Of a DNA stretch of 64,000 nt, positions 1 through 12,713 are shown one piece after another; position 1 is the stretch's first letter; every line of letters starts with the position of its first letter. The translations under genes were made by a program, and so were the position numbers. The stretch comes from Rhodosorus marinus CCMP1338 (taxonomy: Eukaryota; Plantae; Rhodophyta). The stretch spans positions 124,001-188,000 of the forward strand of contig JAMWBK010000006.1 of the NCBI GenBank assembly GCA_029953675.1. The letters run 5' to 3'. The notes under the pieces were generated by a model. It saw nothing but the letters and a program-made list of their open reading frames with translations, did no database searches and had not been told where the DNA came from.

Positions 1-32
1 ATTGTCGGTCGATTTGCTAGGCCTCCGAAGGT

Positions 33-162
33 GCTCCGAGCTTCTCAAACGTTTCTACCTAGTTTTGCATCTTGATCGCCGGGGCAGGGTCGCTCCGAGC
101 TGCTCAAATGTTTCTACCTAGATTTGCATCTTGATACCCGGGGCTGGGTCGCTCCGAGCTTC
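33..162. repeat. 59-bp tandem repeat, about 2.2 copies
   Basis: The anchor gctccgag recurs at 33, 92 and 151. The intervening sequences are highly similar (…ctcaaa[c/t]gtttctacctag[t/a]tttgcatcttgat…). The period is not a multiple of 3. Confidence 0.9.
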
Positions 163-535
163 CTCTTCCTTTACGCTCATGGACATGGTTTTTGTCCCTC
201 GCGTCCGGGGACCTGAAGTGAGTCCACGGGTTGTCGCATCTAGTCCAGAGCCACATGCCAAATTAGCGCTTTCGATTTCATTTTCGTCAATGTGTTGGTC
301 ATGCACAGAGGGAAGCTGTCGAGGGATGAGACTCCGACCTCACAAGAACCGAGCTTGAGTAGAAAGAGTTGCTTCTCTTTTATTTGCATACATATACACA
401 GTAAGCAGGAGTCTGAAGCCCTTCCAATCGAGTTTGCGCGGGCTCCGGATAGTATGGCCCGGCATGCGATGGCAAGATGTTCAGACATCGATAGATAATT
501 ATGAGCAGTAAGTCAGTACATTGAAATAGAAATTG

Positions 536-1150
536 TTAGAGATCCAATAAACCTTCGTTCCTCGCGTGATCCACGAGCTCTGCGATGAAGCATGTATTCG
601 TCAGTACCATTCCCCGCTTCTCCTTCAACAAGGAAAGCACCCTTGACAATTTAAAACGTTCTTCCGAAATTAAATACGCAGCTACGATTGCCACAGATCG
701 GTTAACTCCAGCCTGACAATGTACCAGCACCCCACCATCTGCCAGCCCTCTCTTGATAAACTCTCGACATGTTTCGAAGTGCTTTGAGAGCAAGTTGTAG
801 CCTCTCCTATCTTCGGCTTTGATGTATAGCATCCTCAAGTTCCTACTCTGGACTTCATGATTAGAACTCGCGGCAAGGTTCAACACGTAGCTGACTCCAA
901 GTCTCCGAACCGCCTCTACATCGTTAACTGAGCCAACGTACAATCCCGGAATTACTTCAGAGGCGCCTTGAAGCAGGCTCTTCTTAATACCGTCATCACT
1001 GACAAGTGCGGACGCGTTGAAAACTGATGACTGCACCGCCTCATCTACACGATTTTTGTCCTCATCCCAAGAGCAATGACTTGTATCATTGACTTCAACC
1101 TCTTCAAGGCCCTCAAATACTAAGTCTACTATTGGCATCACTTGCGCCAT
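536..1150 (-). CDS. Atypical dual-specificity protein phosphatase, 204 aa, intronless
   Basis: Catalytic loop VLVHCQAGVNRS (HCx5R), N-terminal IPGLYVGS strand, YVLN motif and general-acid Asp in KAEDR. Confidence 0.93.
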   Translation of the reverse strand: MAQVMPIVDLVFEGLEEVEVNDTSHCSWDEDKNRVDEAVQSSVFNASALVSDDGIKKSLLQGASEVIPGLYVGSVNDVEAVRRLGVSYVLNLAASSNHEVQSRNLRMLYIKAEDRRGYNLLSKHFETCREFIKRGLADGGVLVHCQAGVNRSVAIVAAYLISEERFKLSRVLSLLKEKRGMVLTNTCFIAELVDHARNEGLLDL

Positions 1151-2899
1151 ATGCTCTAAAACAAACTACGTACAACAAGCCCGTTTCAGCTCTGATGCTG
1201 AAACCCTTCCGGTTTCAAGTCCCGTCCAAAACACCCACGAGGTTCCTCTTCCTCTTCCCTTCAACTCCTCCCACCTCCACCTCCCACTTCCACCAACACG
1301 CTTCACAAGGAAACCACAAAACAGCACTACCTGTACCCTTAAAACCCGTCCCTTCCCTCCTTCCGCCGCACCAGCTCTTCCCAGAGCTAGTTTCGTCCAA
1401 AGCCTTTCAACCGCACTTCAACAGCTCTTCCTCAGAAAACACTTTCGACATACAACCACGAGAGCTTTCCTCCTATCGTCCAGGAAATGTCACCCACAAC
1501 ACACCAACTAAAGACCACGCGCTTTACTAGCTCAACCGATCATAAACTTCTACAAGACAAAACTAACCTCCCCCACCCTCTCAATCCACTTCCACATGGT
1601 TAAGACACCTTAATAATAATGCTTCCAACACACGCACCCAGCTTCAACAAGCCATTTTCCTGTTCACTTTCTTCCCTCTACTTCTTCCAACTGTCGACAG
1701 CACTAACAACAAACCAAATCAACATTTCCTTTCCTTCAAAACTAATTTGCACTCAACCTTTCTCCGCCTCCACATCCCCCCCCCCATTCACCTTCCCTTC
1801 CACCAACCACCTACTAAACAACCCCCTCCCATTTACCCTTCCTCCCGAAAAAACCCTTTGCCCTTACACAATCCCCCCTAATCGATCCCCAGCACCCGAA
1901 AACTACAAATTTCCAAATTTCCTTGGAGAGATCCATAACAAGAAGGCTTTCAACCTAGTTTTTCCTTTGCTACTCCCCAACTAGACTCTGTCACTTGCGC
2001 TTCCTCCCGAACAAATGGGGGATGTGTTTAGATGACATATTTGAGCCCCCCCTGCCAGTGCCCGACTATGCCCCACCTTGATATCAACACAACCAGGGGT
2101 AGGTGGGTGGATCTGTGCTAGGGCCAAGGCGCCCGAAAAAGAGGGTCAATAGGATGTTGCAGAGACGGGGGTTGCGGGAGAGGGAGAGGGTTGCCCTATA
2201 ATTTTATTGTTTTTTCCATAACTTGTATTCAGAGGTACCCCAAGGGATTTCGACCCCCTGAGCGGAAGGAAATAGTAGATTTTATTTTTAGTTATTGAGA
2301 AACTTGAGTTCGTCTATCCCCCAGGGTAAATAGGAAAGGTTGTATTCATTTTTATTGCTTTTTGTCCTTGATTTGGGAGAGAATATTCCCAATTTCCGAA
2401 ACCGAATCTTGGATGGAAGAAGTTAGGAGGGTCAGGATCGACATCGCTTAGAAATGAGTGATAGGCAATAGGGGGGCGATCAATGCGACTTTGGAGTATG
2501 TCATTCAAATCTATTGAACAATTATATAGAGTGTGGAGCTCCGAAAGAGTTTCTAGAGACAACACAACCACCCTATGGATCATCGCGAGGAAAACAAACA
2601 GACACCAGCAGGGGGGGGTAGAAAACAGAAGTGGATTGTACCAATTTTTCTGCCCCTGCACAATCTTTTAGCGACACACGTATTACGGAGATAGTTTAGC
2701 TTGGCTTCAACCTGGTCAATTTCTACTCTTTTTTTTTCTCCCCTAGGACACGAGGAAGTGGTGAAGCAGTGGCCGGCTACTGTCAGGCCCCACAGGTTCG
2801 TGTTTTTCGATGAATTCTTGTGTCATGAAATTCGGTTTAGTTCGATTTCTTCCGGCCGCGACTCACCCCTTGGTCCTGCATGCATCGCAAAGGCTATGA

Positions 2900-2975
2900 G
2901 GGGGGGACGACCGAATCCCTCATTTCTGTAAAAACCAGGGGGGTACGACCGAATCCCTCATTTCTGTAAAAACCA
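2900..2975. repeat. 38-bp tandem duplication
   Basis: acgaccgaatccctcatttctgtaaaaacca occurs identically at 2907 and 2945, each copy preceded by a G run. Confidence 0.92.
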
Positions 2976-4879
2976 CTCAAAAAGAAAAACAAAGCCAATC
3001 GACACCTCGGACTCCTCCTTCCCAGAAGCCCTTTGTGCTGCAAGCTTCCATGCTCATGTTCCCGGGGGTAATAGTATATTCGTAGAAAGAAATTCGACAG
3101 CTCTCGAAAAAAATTTCACATTTCTATAAAAATGAAAAACGAGCACTTAGTGGGAATCATCCACCCCTCTCTGTACCCAGTCCACCGACATGGAATATCC
3201 CCTGCCAGTATCAGTGCGCACACCGTCAACCCCCCCTGGCCTTCTCGGCTTCCTTGAAAGTTTACAGACTTCACCTCCCCCTTGTAAAATCAAGACAATT
3301 CACTGACCCACCAATTGCTAGGAAATCAACTCCAGAATAGATCCAAATTGGATCATAGGATCAATTCCCCCAGGGGGTATTGATTTCCTACACTAACCCT
3401 CGGTTAAACACCAAAACAAGGGTTGCTGGAACCTGCGCTCTGGGCGATTGTGGCAGACTGGCTCCAAAACGCAAACGCAGGATACTGTGTGTTATTCGCA
3501 GGAATTATTTTCAAAATACTCACTTTAGCGCTCCATCAGCTATCAGCCGGTGTCAATATCAGTCATTACCATATGCTTTTTGGGCGATATTAATGGCCCA
3601 AGGCATTTAAATGATTGATATTGGAATCGGGTCCTCCAACATTCAACATTCGCGCTGCCATGGCCAGTGGTATCTGGGTGTCTAGCTCGTGCCTCCGTAT
3701 AAACCGCTATTTGAGGACGGACAGTGCAAGGATACCTGTAAACTGTAGTATCGCCAACACACACAGTCAACAAGAGAACAGTGGAGAGGCAAATCCTCGT
3801 TAATCAAATTCGATCGGAGGTACGTTCATCCTGAAACCTTGTGGGCACCGGCGGCGAAATTTACTGCAAGGCGATCACGCTCCCCCATTCAAGCTGCTCT
3901 AGTGAGCTTAATGGAGCCGAGACAGGGGTGAGGCCAAAGTTACTCGTCGTTTTCTCATCCCGCTTCGTCGCATAATCCATGGAATACCACGCCGCGCGAT
4001 CTGTCTAACGGGACCCAAGCGGACGTTGCTAATCCTGACATTTTCGAGAAGGTCAGCACCACATCTCAAGGGCGACGAGGGCTCAATGCAGGCGATCCCT
4101 AGCACGCTTAATAGATAACAATAGATTCATCTTGTAGAAAAAACGGAAACACAAGATTGCAGCGCCCAAAATAGCCCTGTAAACAATCGCTTGGAACGTG
4201 GACCAGAAAGTATTGGAACGCAATCTTCCACCGCCGATCACATGGACCCTCCGGGGCGAGCTCACAATAGTCAAGCGAGCTGGGGCATTGAAGACTGCGC
4301 GATAGTATCCCGAAACTGATGGACAAGTTGATTGTCACCGTGGCATCCAGAGCTCAGTGCGATTACCACGAGGTCGTCAGCAAGCTTTCTAAGCAAGGAT
4401 CACCAACGTGAACCTCGTTGTTGGCGTGCAGTTGAACTATCTTAAGTAACCGGAACCTTTACTGGCCGAAGTAGCCTCCTTTATTATGTTCTACCTGACC
4501 TCCAGAATGGATCGAAATCATTCCTGACCTACACCTGCACTTCCGCGGGCTCACCTCGAGTCCCAGAGGAGCGTGCCTTGGCCTCTTCGCGAAAGCTGGG
4601 GCTGAACATTCAACCTCTAGCCTGGAGAGGAAAATATCCGTTCTCCATCCCACTCCTAAACATTGAACATGCTCCAAGCAGCAAGCACTGCTCGGTAACC
4701 TGGGGCAGCAACATCGGTCCGTTCAAGCCGGATGTGCACTTTGGTAAAAAAAATTTACAGAGGAACGACGTCGGCTGTCTGACACCGGAGCTGATCCCAA
4801 CGGAATACTACAGAGCTCCTCCCAAGAGATCTCGTTTTTATCAGCTATCCCTGCGTCCCCCACTTCCCCCACACTGACG

Positions 4880-7585
4880 TCAGAGCAAAATCCCCATTGC
4901 TCTTGCTTGCTCTGATGCTTCCTGAGCCTGGTCGGCACGTCCAGCACGGCGGTTTGCCGTAATAATGTTCGAATACGTGAACTTATCCGGCAGAATGTTT
5001 TGCTGCTCCATCCTCGCAACTACGTCGTTGACCCCATCGGGATCTGCGCATCGCGCGTAGATTGCCGCTAATGTGTTAAAAGTTACAGCGTCTGGTGCCA
5101 CTCCGGAAGAATGCATATCATTCAACAACCGTTCTCCTGCAACCGGTGACCGAAGGGTCTTACCAAAAGCATCCATCAAGGCATTGTAGGTCACCACTGA
5201 CGGCCTCATCCCCGCCTTCTTCATCTTTGCCACCATCGCCTCAACGTTTACGAGATCTCGTTTGTTCCCAAATGCCACGATCAGTTTGTTGTAGAGAGAG
5301 ACATGCGGCAGCAGGCGGTGCTCTCTCATCAGCTCAATAACCGCAGCAGCGTCGTCAAGATCCCCCTCCTCGATGGCTGCTGACCACATAACCCGGAAAA
5401 TTGTCTCCACGGCATCCAAACCGTTGGAAAATAGCAGCTCGAGCACATCGTGTCGTCCTTTCCTCGTCCTCTGCACGCCCATCAAAGCTGTATAGGAGAT
5501 GATCGTTGGCACAATCCCGAACAGTTCCTCCATGCTGGTGAGAGTTTCTCGTGCCGAATCAAGCTGTCCGTCAACTCCGTAGGCATCGATTAGGGCGGCT
5601 ACCATCTCCTCCGTAACCCCAATATCACTTTTCCTCGCAGATTCCATTGCTCTTGTAATGTGGGATACATTGCCGCTCTCGCCGAGCAGCCTCAAATACG
5701 ATGTCAACCGCGATCGAGTTACTGGTTCGGAGTTGTAAACTTTAGATGCCATTTGCCAGTCCCCCTTTCTTGCATAAGCCCGTACCAGGAACATGCTGTC
5801 CGCTGTGTAGCTTGACGGAGCTTCCCCAAAAGTCCGCTTTACGGAAGTGACATCTCCGTGGTCGGAAGCGATCCTCAACTTGATCGTCCGCGGTACGACA
5901 TCAGAAGGCAGGAGCTCCACTGCCATTGCCTGTTCCAACTCTCCGGCGTCACCAAGCGCATCCATCAATATCGACCTAGAGAACCCGTCTGCGACTAGGC
6001 CATTCTTCGATATCGCCTCGTAGAACGCCTTCACGCCCTCCAAGTCCCCAGTGGCTGCCCGCATCTAAGCCAACCGGCATCATAACAACGTCCACAAGAA
6101 GAAAAGAAAACTCAGCCCCTGTACCGAAACCCGGGTGCGTGTTCTGCCTTGGGCTGTGCCGAGAGCGTCCGCACCTTCATCATAGTATTGAAAGTTACTA
6201 CGTCCGGAGTCACTCCGTTGGCCTTCATAGTCTCGAGCAGCTCCGTCGCCTCTGGTATATTGCCGTTCATTCCCAGGGCGTGAATGAGTACATTGTACCT
6301 GCGTTTTCCGAAAGAAGTAAGATCAGATTCTTCTCCAGGGGAGGGAAGAACGAATGTGCTCACAGCAATTGGGACACGAAACATAGGAGATCTTCATTCA
6401 AGCTTGCAACGAACGTACCTGAAAAGACGCGGATTCTCTAACAAGCCAAAGAGCTCCTTCACGCCGTTGACATCTCCTTGGTCGGACCGTATTCGCATCA
6501 TTACGGTTAGAATTTTCTCATTCAATTGAATTCCGTCCTTGCCCATCTGCTCAAAGTACCCCTCGGCTTCTTCCGAAGCGCCCGCTTTACATAGACAGTC
6601 CAGCAGGATACCATATGCAACCTGTGCGTTGAAAGAAAAACATGTGGTGAGAGAGAATAGGGGGATAACTTTGATACAACGCGAGAGCATCAGCGCCAAA
6701 AGTACTCGATTCCTCCGGCTCGATACCACTGTGCATTATGGAGAAAACATCGCTGACTGTTCGGAGCTCCGAGATTAACGAATCTCGCCGTGAACTAGAC
6801 AGTGAACAGCTGGTGGACCAGGTACTTACGACGTTGGGTCTGATGCCAAATTCTGACATGCTGTTGAACCAATGCCGAACGTTCCTCGTGTCGCCAGCGC
6901 GGCTGTATATGCTCATGACAGCAGTATAGATAAAAATATTAGGGTGTACATTGTAGGCTCTCATCATGCTCGGGAGTTCAGGAAGCGGTGACAGATCACC
7001 ATCTTTCCCAACAGCATCGATGATCGTGCTAAAAGTTATGTCAGAGGGTAGCACTCCCCGCTCAACCATATTATCAAAATATTTCCAAACCCTGCCGATA
7101 TCGACGTCGCGAACTGACCTCATCAGAGTGTTGTACGTAACGACGTCAGGACTCAAGCCATTCTCCTGAAGCTCTTCAAACTTGCGCTCGACAGCAATAA
7201 AATCGGATTTCTTCGCGTATGCTGACATCATGACGTTGTACGTCACAATATCAGGCTGTACGCTCCCTGCCAACATTCGCTTCCAAACCTCCTCGGCCCC
7301 GTTAACATCTCCAGACCGAATGTAGGACTGCATTAGAGTTGTGTACGACACTGCAGAGGGGTTCGAATGCGCACCAAAGAGAGTTTCGGCGGAGTCTATA
7401 TCCGGAGCATTCCTAACCAAAAAATCCAGAGCACTTCCAGAATCCTCCGCTGGCGCCGATGCGACGAACGATACCGCCGCAGACGCCGAATTGCTCCGCA
7501 AAATTTTCAGCGCCCTTATCGCAGTCACAGACCTTTTCCGACTCCTCGGCCCGGGACCGCAACAGACAATCGCAAAACCAATCAT
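4880..7585 (-). CDS. P-type pentatricopeptide repeat (PPR) protein, about 755 aa, probably plastid-targeted
   Basis: Exons 7585-6830, 6621-6419, 6298-6175 and 6064-4880 with GT-AG introns of 208, 120 and 110 nt; total 2268 nt. Junctions restore PPR motifs (GIRPNV|VAYGILLDCLCKAG; FR|YNVLIHAL). Many PPR repeats (e.g. PDIVTYNVMMSAYAK, PSVVTYNALMDAFGK). N-terminus MIGFAIVCC… is Ser/Arg/Ala-rich. Confidence 0.9.
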
Positions 7586-8948
7586 CCTGTCATATTACAC
7601 ACACATACCCTCGAAACCCTCTTTCCAGCACGCACCCAACCCCAACCCCACCAGTTCCACCCCAACAAACCCGAACCCATGTCAAACTTTCCTCCCCATG
7701 ACCATGACCAGCTCCTCCCCAACGAATCATCCACTCACCGCTCCAACAGACCGAAAGAAACTAACCCCCTTCGTTCCAACAGATCGTCCCTCTCAGTCCT
7801 TCATCGCCAAAACACAAACAAAAGTTCACATCCCCTCTCAAACAAAACGGAAAAGCTTTACAAGCCACATTGTTAACACTAAAACCCTCCCCCCCAAAAA
7901 CACCAAAAACACATCAAGTCATAGGTGTTTCAAAAGTCCCTCAACCCCCGCCAGAATAGCCAATTCCATTTTACACTCAACATAAAATAAAAAAACCCTC
8001 AAAAATGGTATCGTTCTCCTCAGTGAATCTCAAATGCCAAAATACATACGCTCTGGTCATCTCCAGCTGCCAACAGTTTTAAAATCCCTTCTCCACAACC
8101 CCCAACCACCCCCTTTTCTCAATATACCCTAGCGACACATGGGGTGGGGGCGTAGGGTGCTCGTGCTTCTCTTTGATCATCGTCTGAAACCAAATTCTGA
8201 TAGCGAACTGATAGCCTTGAGACTTTTAGGATGGAAGGAAGCTGTCATAGCTTTTGACTTATTTTTTGGGAATGACATGACATTAGCTCTACTCCAACTC
8301 AGCTGTTGACCTATTGGCACACGCCAGTACCACTAAACACTACCATGGCTGCCACCTATTCCCCCACCGCTCTGATATTCACGAATGAGATCAATTATCG
8401 TAGCACTGAAAAAGACTCCAGCATGCCGCACATTCGCTCTTCACTTGTATAGGGCAGACGGTCAACTGAGACAACGTGACCCAAGGCGCAGTTCCTATGT
8501 TCCCGCACTTCTTGTCAAAGTCTGGAATGGTTATGGATACTATTCCTTCGGCAATGTAATTATTTTGTGCTGCATCCAAACGGATGTTTTGTTTTCGCTG
8601 CAGTCGCGTCAGAGGGGGACTCCCTTCGAACACGAAGAGGACAACCTAAGCGGAATGCCCATTGCTTGCATGTTCTGGCCATCAATCGCTGCGTAAAGCT
8701 CCTCCATTTTGCCCCGTCGTTGCATGTTCGCAAATGTTACGGTAGAAAAAAGCAGGAGGCAGGCTGCGCTAGGGCGAACGTGGCTCAATTGTCAGCGGTG
8801 AATACAGTAACATGAATGAATGAATTTGGTTGCGAAGTTGCTATAAAATAATCTACGTTAGTTCGTGGGGCTCGATCCTCAGAACAGCACCGTCATTCAT
8901 CTACAAGAGCACACGAACAGGTAGGCGATAAACCGAGAAGCCTCTGTT

Positions 8949-9358
8949 CTATGGCAATGAAGAAGACGACTTTCCATCACGGTCACCAGCATCGTTCCTA
9001 TCGCTGGAAAGCTTCTTTTCCAACTCGGCAAAAGCATTCAGGGAAGCGCTCAAAGATGTGTCTAATTGAAACGGGAGCGAAAATATGAACGTGAGTCAGG
9101 GGCTCCAACTACTCACCGTAATCAGCTCAATTCAACAAGGAGATTCAGCAGCAGAGGAGGAGGACTACACTGTGGCATTTCAGAAAATGCACCTATCAAC
9201 TTACCACTATCAACTCTATCTTCGTGCAAGAGCACACAATCGCTTCCACAATTATTTCCGCAGCAAACAGCTTTGAAAACCTTATCCCCGCCCTCTTTCG
9301 AACCAGAGCTTGTACTCAAAGGCCTTCCAATCTGCAGCCTCGCCAACCTCGAACGCAT
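8949..9358 (-). CDS. Small oxidoreductase-like-domain (OXLD1/UPF0651-type) protein, 88 aa, probably mitochondrial
   Basis: Exons 9358-9205 and 9061-8949 (267 nt), with a 143-nt gtaagt…ttag intron. The product has an Arg-rich presequence-like start MRSRLARLQIGRPLS, the motif CCGNNCGSDCV and the segment SLNAFAELEKKL. Confidence 0.65.
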
Positions 9359-10746
9359 CCTCGGCCGATTCAACCCAAAGCAAACAACCGCTTCCACACG
9401 CAAAACATAAGTTGTAGTCCTCCGAAAACTACGAACAGAACAAAATTTCAAAACCTCAACACTCCCTCCCACCATGAACAAGATCCATTGACTACTTATA
9501 TATAGTACAATCACTACTCAACTAACACCCTCCTTATATACATAATACGGAATGAAACCTTGAACAACAATTGTCTGTCCCTCCACTTCGCAAGAACACC
9601 GAATCATCTTAAGAGCTTCTCATCGTCCCTTCCACTCACACTGCGTAAAACAAGAACAAAACAGAAAAACAGAAGAAAAAGAAAGCGTCTCATCTCCTCA
9701 TTTTTATCACCAGCTCTCTTTTCCACTTTTTTTGCATTTAAGCCGAATTCTTCGTTTCCACACTAAAACCAATATCTGATCCAGAATCTTCTTTATTTCA
9801 AAGAGCCTCACTTTGTATAAAGAAAATATAGATTTTTCATTATTGGTTCTGCAACAATAAACATTTGAGCGAGACATTGTCATGTTATATTGATTGGCTA
9901 CTTTGCCCTAGTGAGATATTCTTGGTCTAAAAAGATAAGAAAAATGTGTTCTAGGTATCATTTCCTTTTCGGGTCTGGTGGTAAGCACTGCGTAATTGAC
10001 ATTCTGAAGAAGATTTGGTGAGAGCTTTTGGTGGAGAGCCGTGCTCTGTGTTTCTGCAGAGGGGAGCATTCATAGACAGAGTCTCTTCGCATCCTCCTTG
10101 TTTCGAATTCCTGTGGCTCGTTTCCGCCCTTCCCTGAAGAGGACAAGAGCTAGGGTAGGTCTGTTTTCGGCTCGATGCACCAAGCGCTCATTGGAGCACT
10201 CTGATGGACCAGTGAAGCCCGCCAGAACAGTAGGAGTTCGCCTTGAGAAGGATGTCCGTCTGCTTTATTTTCTTCCTGTAGCAACCTTAGACTTCGAATG
10301 AAACTAGCAAGGGTCTGAATTTGCCTATCCTCCAGCCGCACTGGTCAAATGGGTATTCTGGACAAATCGAGCGAACATAAAGTGGTGCACTGGCAATTGT
10401 GCTCAGGGAGGTGCTCGTGTAGCACTGACTGTGAGCAGTAGGTCGAGGTGACCACAGGCGCGGGGCTATTTTATCTTCCGGCTACTATTTATCTTGTTTT
10501 GAAAAGGTCTTCTGACTAGGGAACGGTAAGCGTTGCTCGTTTAGGACTGGACAGCTTCTTCCCAGAATTTCGCTTCTGTTGAAGTTTGTTTACTCTGGAA
10601 ACTAAGTTCAACGATTGGTTTTTGGCGGTCTCTTTACCGTGGTCGATGCGCTAGGGGATCAGTCGAGGACGACTCGCTGATATCTATGCGTGGAACATGT
10701 TGATTTTCTGGGTTCCGCTGTGTTTGAGACAACCGCTTTACTTCCC

Positions 10747-12713
10747 ATGGCGGGGAATCTAGATACAAACAGTTCCTTTACAGAGCTTTGCCATCGCTGT
10801 CGCGAGGGCGACTTGTCTGCAGTCAAGGACGCAATACTCTCGGGTATCAACATCAACGCCAGAGATGTTTGGGATGCAACGCCGCTGTACTACGCTTGCC
10901 TAACTGGCCGGAGCGATGTTGTGCAGTTTCTCCTCGAGGCTGGTATGGAAACGCTTCTGAACGGACTAGGCCTTTCTTACAGGACGTATGTAGGTACGTG
11001 AACGTATTATTTTGATGTCTTACGGTTGCTTTCAATCCACCCCCTCGGAATCTGTCCTCTCAGGAGCTGTTTGCGACGTCGATACCTTCGACGGAGAGAG
11101 GTGCTTCTACGCAGCACTAAATCTTCAAGTCAGAACAATCCTGCAGACCTATGGAGATCGTGTGCTCGTTTCACACGACAACCGTTTTTATCGCTTCATT
11201 TCCTCCTTGAGAGTTGATCCTTCCGTCGCTGATTTCGCAATTTTCGGTGAGGATACTCACGACCGAGTGATGCTATCCGCAGCTATCCTTTCCGCGCGAA
11301 GTCCAGCGCTGCATGGGTTCTTGAAACGATCGAGTGACCTTGGAAGACGTGGATATGTTCAGGTAGGAATATTCGCACCTATAAGATCTTGACCGGTATG
11401 CTGTGGGGCGGCTTCCGCGCGCGCAGTGCATGAAACCGCTGAAATTGTCATAATCATACACAGCCCGTTGGTTTTCCGCCACCTATGTTGCCGCTCCGAC
11501 GTCGGCCAACCTCATATCCATCCCATGACCTTGTGTTAGGTGAAAACGCAGACACTGGCGAAGGCGCTTAAAGAGTACATCTACCGCGGGAGCGTGGACA
11601 TCTCAGAAGATGAGGCGGATGAATTTGTACGTACCGGAAAAGCTTTTGGTATGGATTCGCTTGTCAGGCTTTTGGAAGCATCAAGCCCGTTGCGTCTTCG
11701 TCACCAAGAAAAAAGGAGAAAGTTCGAGCTCCTGAGAGGCAGGGTCAGTCACCGCAACCCGAGGCTTGTCCTTGCGGACGACACTTCGCGGGAGGAAGTT
11801 CGCGTGCAGTTTTCACTTATCGTGAATGCGGTGATTCAGGAAGACTTCTCTCGGAATCTGTTCGCCGACGCCTCCGTTAGAACACGCGAACGCACGTTTC
11901 GGTGTCACAAGGTATGACATGCTGGGCAGCTAGTTTGCAAGAAGAACATCCCCTAAGAGGACTATGTATGGGCGCTTTGCCAATCAGGTTTTTCTGAGGA
12001 GGTGTGAATACTTTCGCTTACATGATCATTTCGATGAACTGTCCGGCCAATCGGAACTGAAGAGTCGAAAAGGCTCTGCAAGGGGTCAATTGAAGGAGTA
12101 CAACCTAGAAGACGTTTCTCCGGAAGCCTTTGAGGAATTCTTGCGGATCCTGTACACAGACAAATTTCACGCCGGAGAGGGAACTGACTTAGAGTTGGCC
12201 GTTGAGGTCCTCCAGCTCAGCGATATGTTGCTTGCGCCAAGTCATTTCAAGGGTGACATTGAAAACTGGATGTCCAAAATCCCGTTTGAAGAAGATACGC
12301 TGATAGGGGATTTGCTAGAGGTTTGTTGCGTAGTGAAAACGTTGCAGCTGTCTAAGGTCGCCACTGCAAGGTCTGAACAGGTTATCGCTATCTTCGACTG
12401 CTAGGTTTCAGAGGTGTTTGATCTTAATCAGCTGAGGTCGACTGTTGTGGAGTACATCAGAGATCGAGTCTGGGAAGCGCGATCGGATCTTCAAGATTTG
12501 TCTCTGAGTTTCTTAGAGAGAGTACTCTCTGAAGCATTCCTCTGGATCGTCTTCGAGGATGTGCGCGAAGAATCCCTCGGGGTAATGCTTAATGATACTC
12601 ACGCTGAGCAAGTGCACAGGGAACAAGCAGCAGCATTGGTAGATGCGAGACTTACAACTGTTTTCGGCGAAGGGTATAAGGACTTCATTTTTGAATACGA
12701 TAAGGCGCACTAG
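10747..12713 (+). CDS. ABTB1: Ankyrin repeat and two-BTB-domain protein (ABTB1 family), about 502 aa
   Basis: Exons 10747-10942, 11064-11362, 11540-11911, 11988-12320 and 12405-12713 (1509 nt). Motifs INARDVWDATPLYYACLTG and G|AVCDVDTFDGERCFYAAL match ABTB1; BTB signature FRCHK|VFLRRCEYF. Confidence 0.9.

Noticed and set aside
1089-1984. Several + strand ORFs of 120-140 aa rich in P/S/T/L
   Set aside because: They are by-products of a C-rich, pyrimidine-skewed region upstream of the phosphatase. Most start at non-ATG codons and none shows domain features.
7341-7985. 214-aa + strand ORF and overlapping frames
   Set aside because: They are antisense to PPR exon 1 and its 5' region, with low-complexity composition.
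9958-10341. Short minus-strand ORFs upstream of ABTB1
   Set aside because: No motif and no consistent splice path; may be UTR or an unresolved gene.
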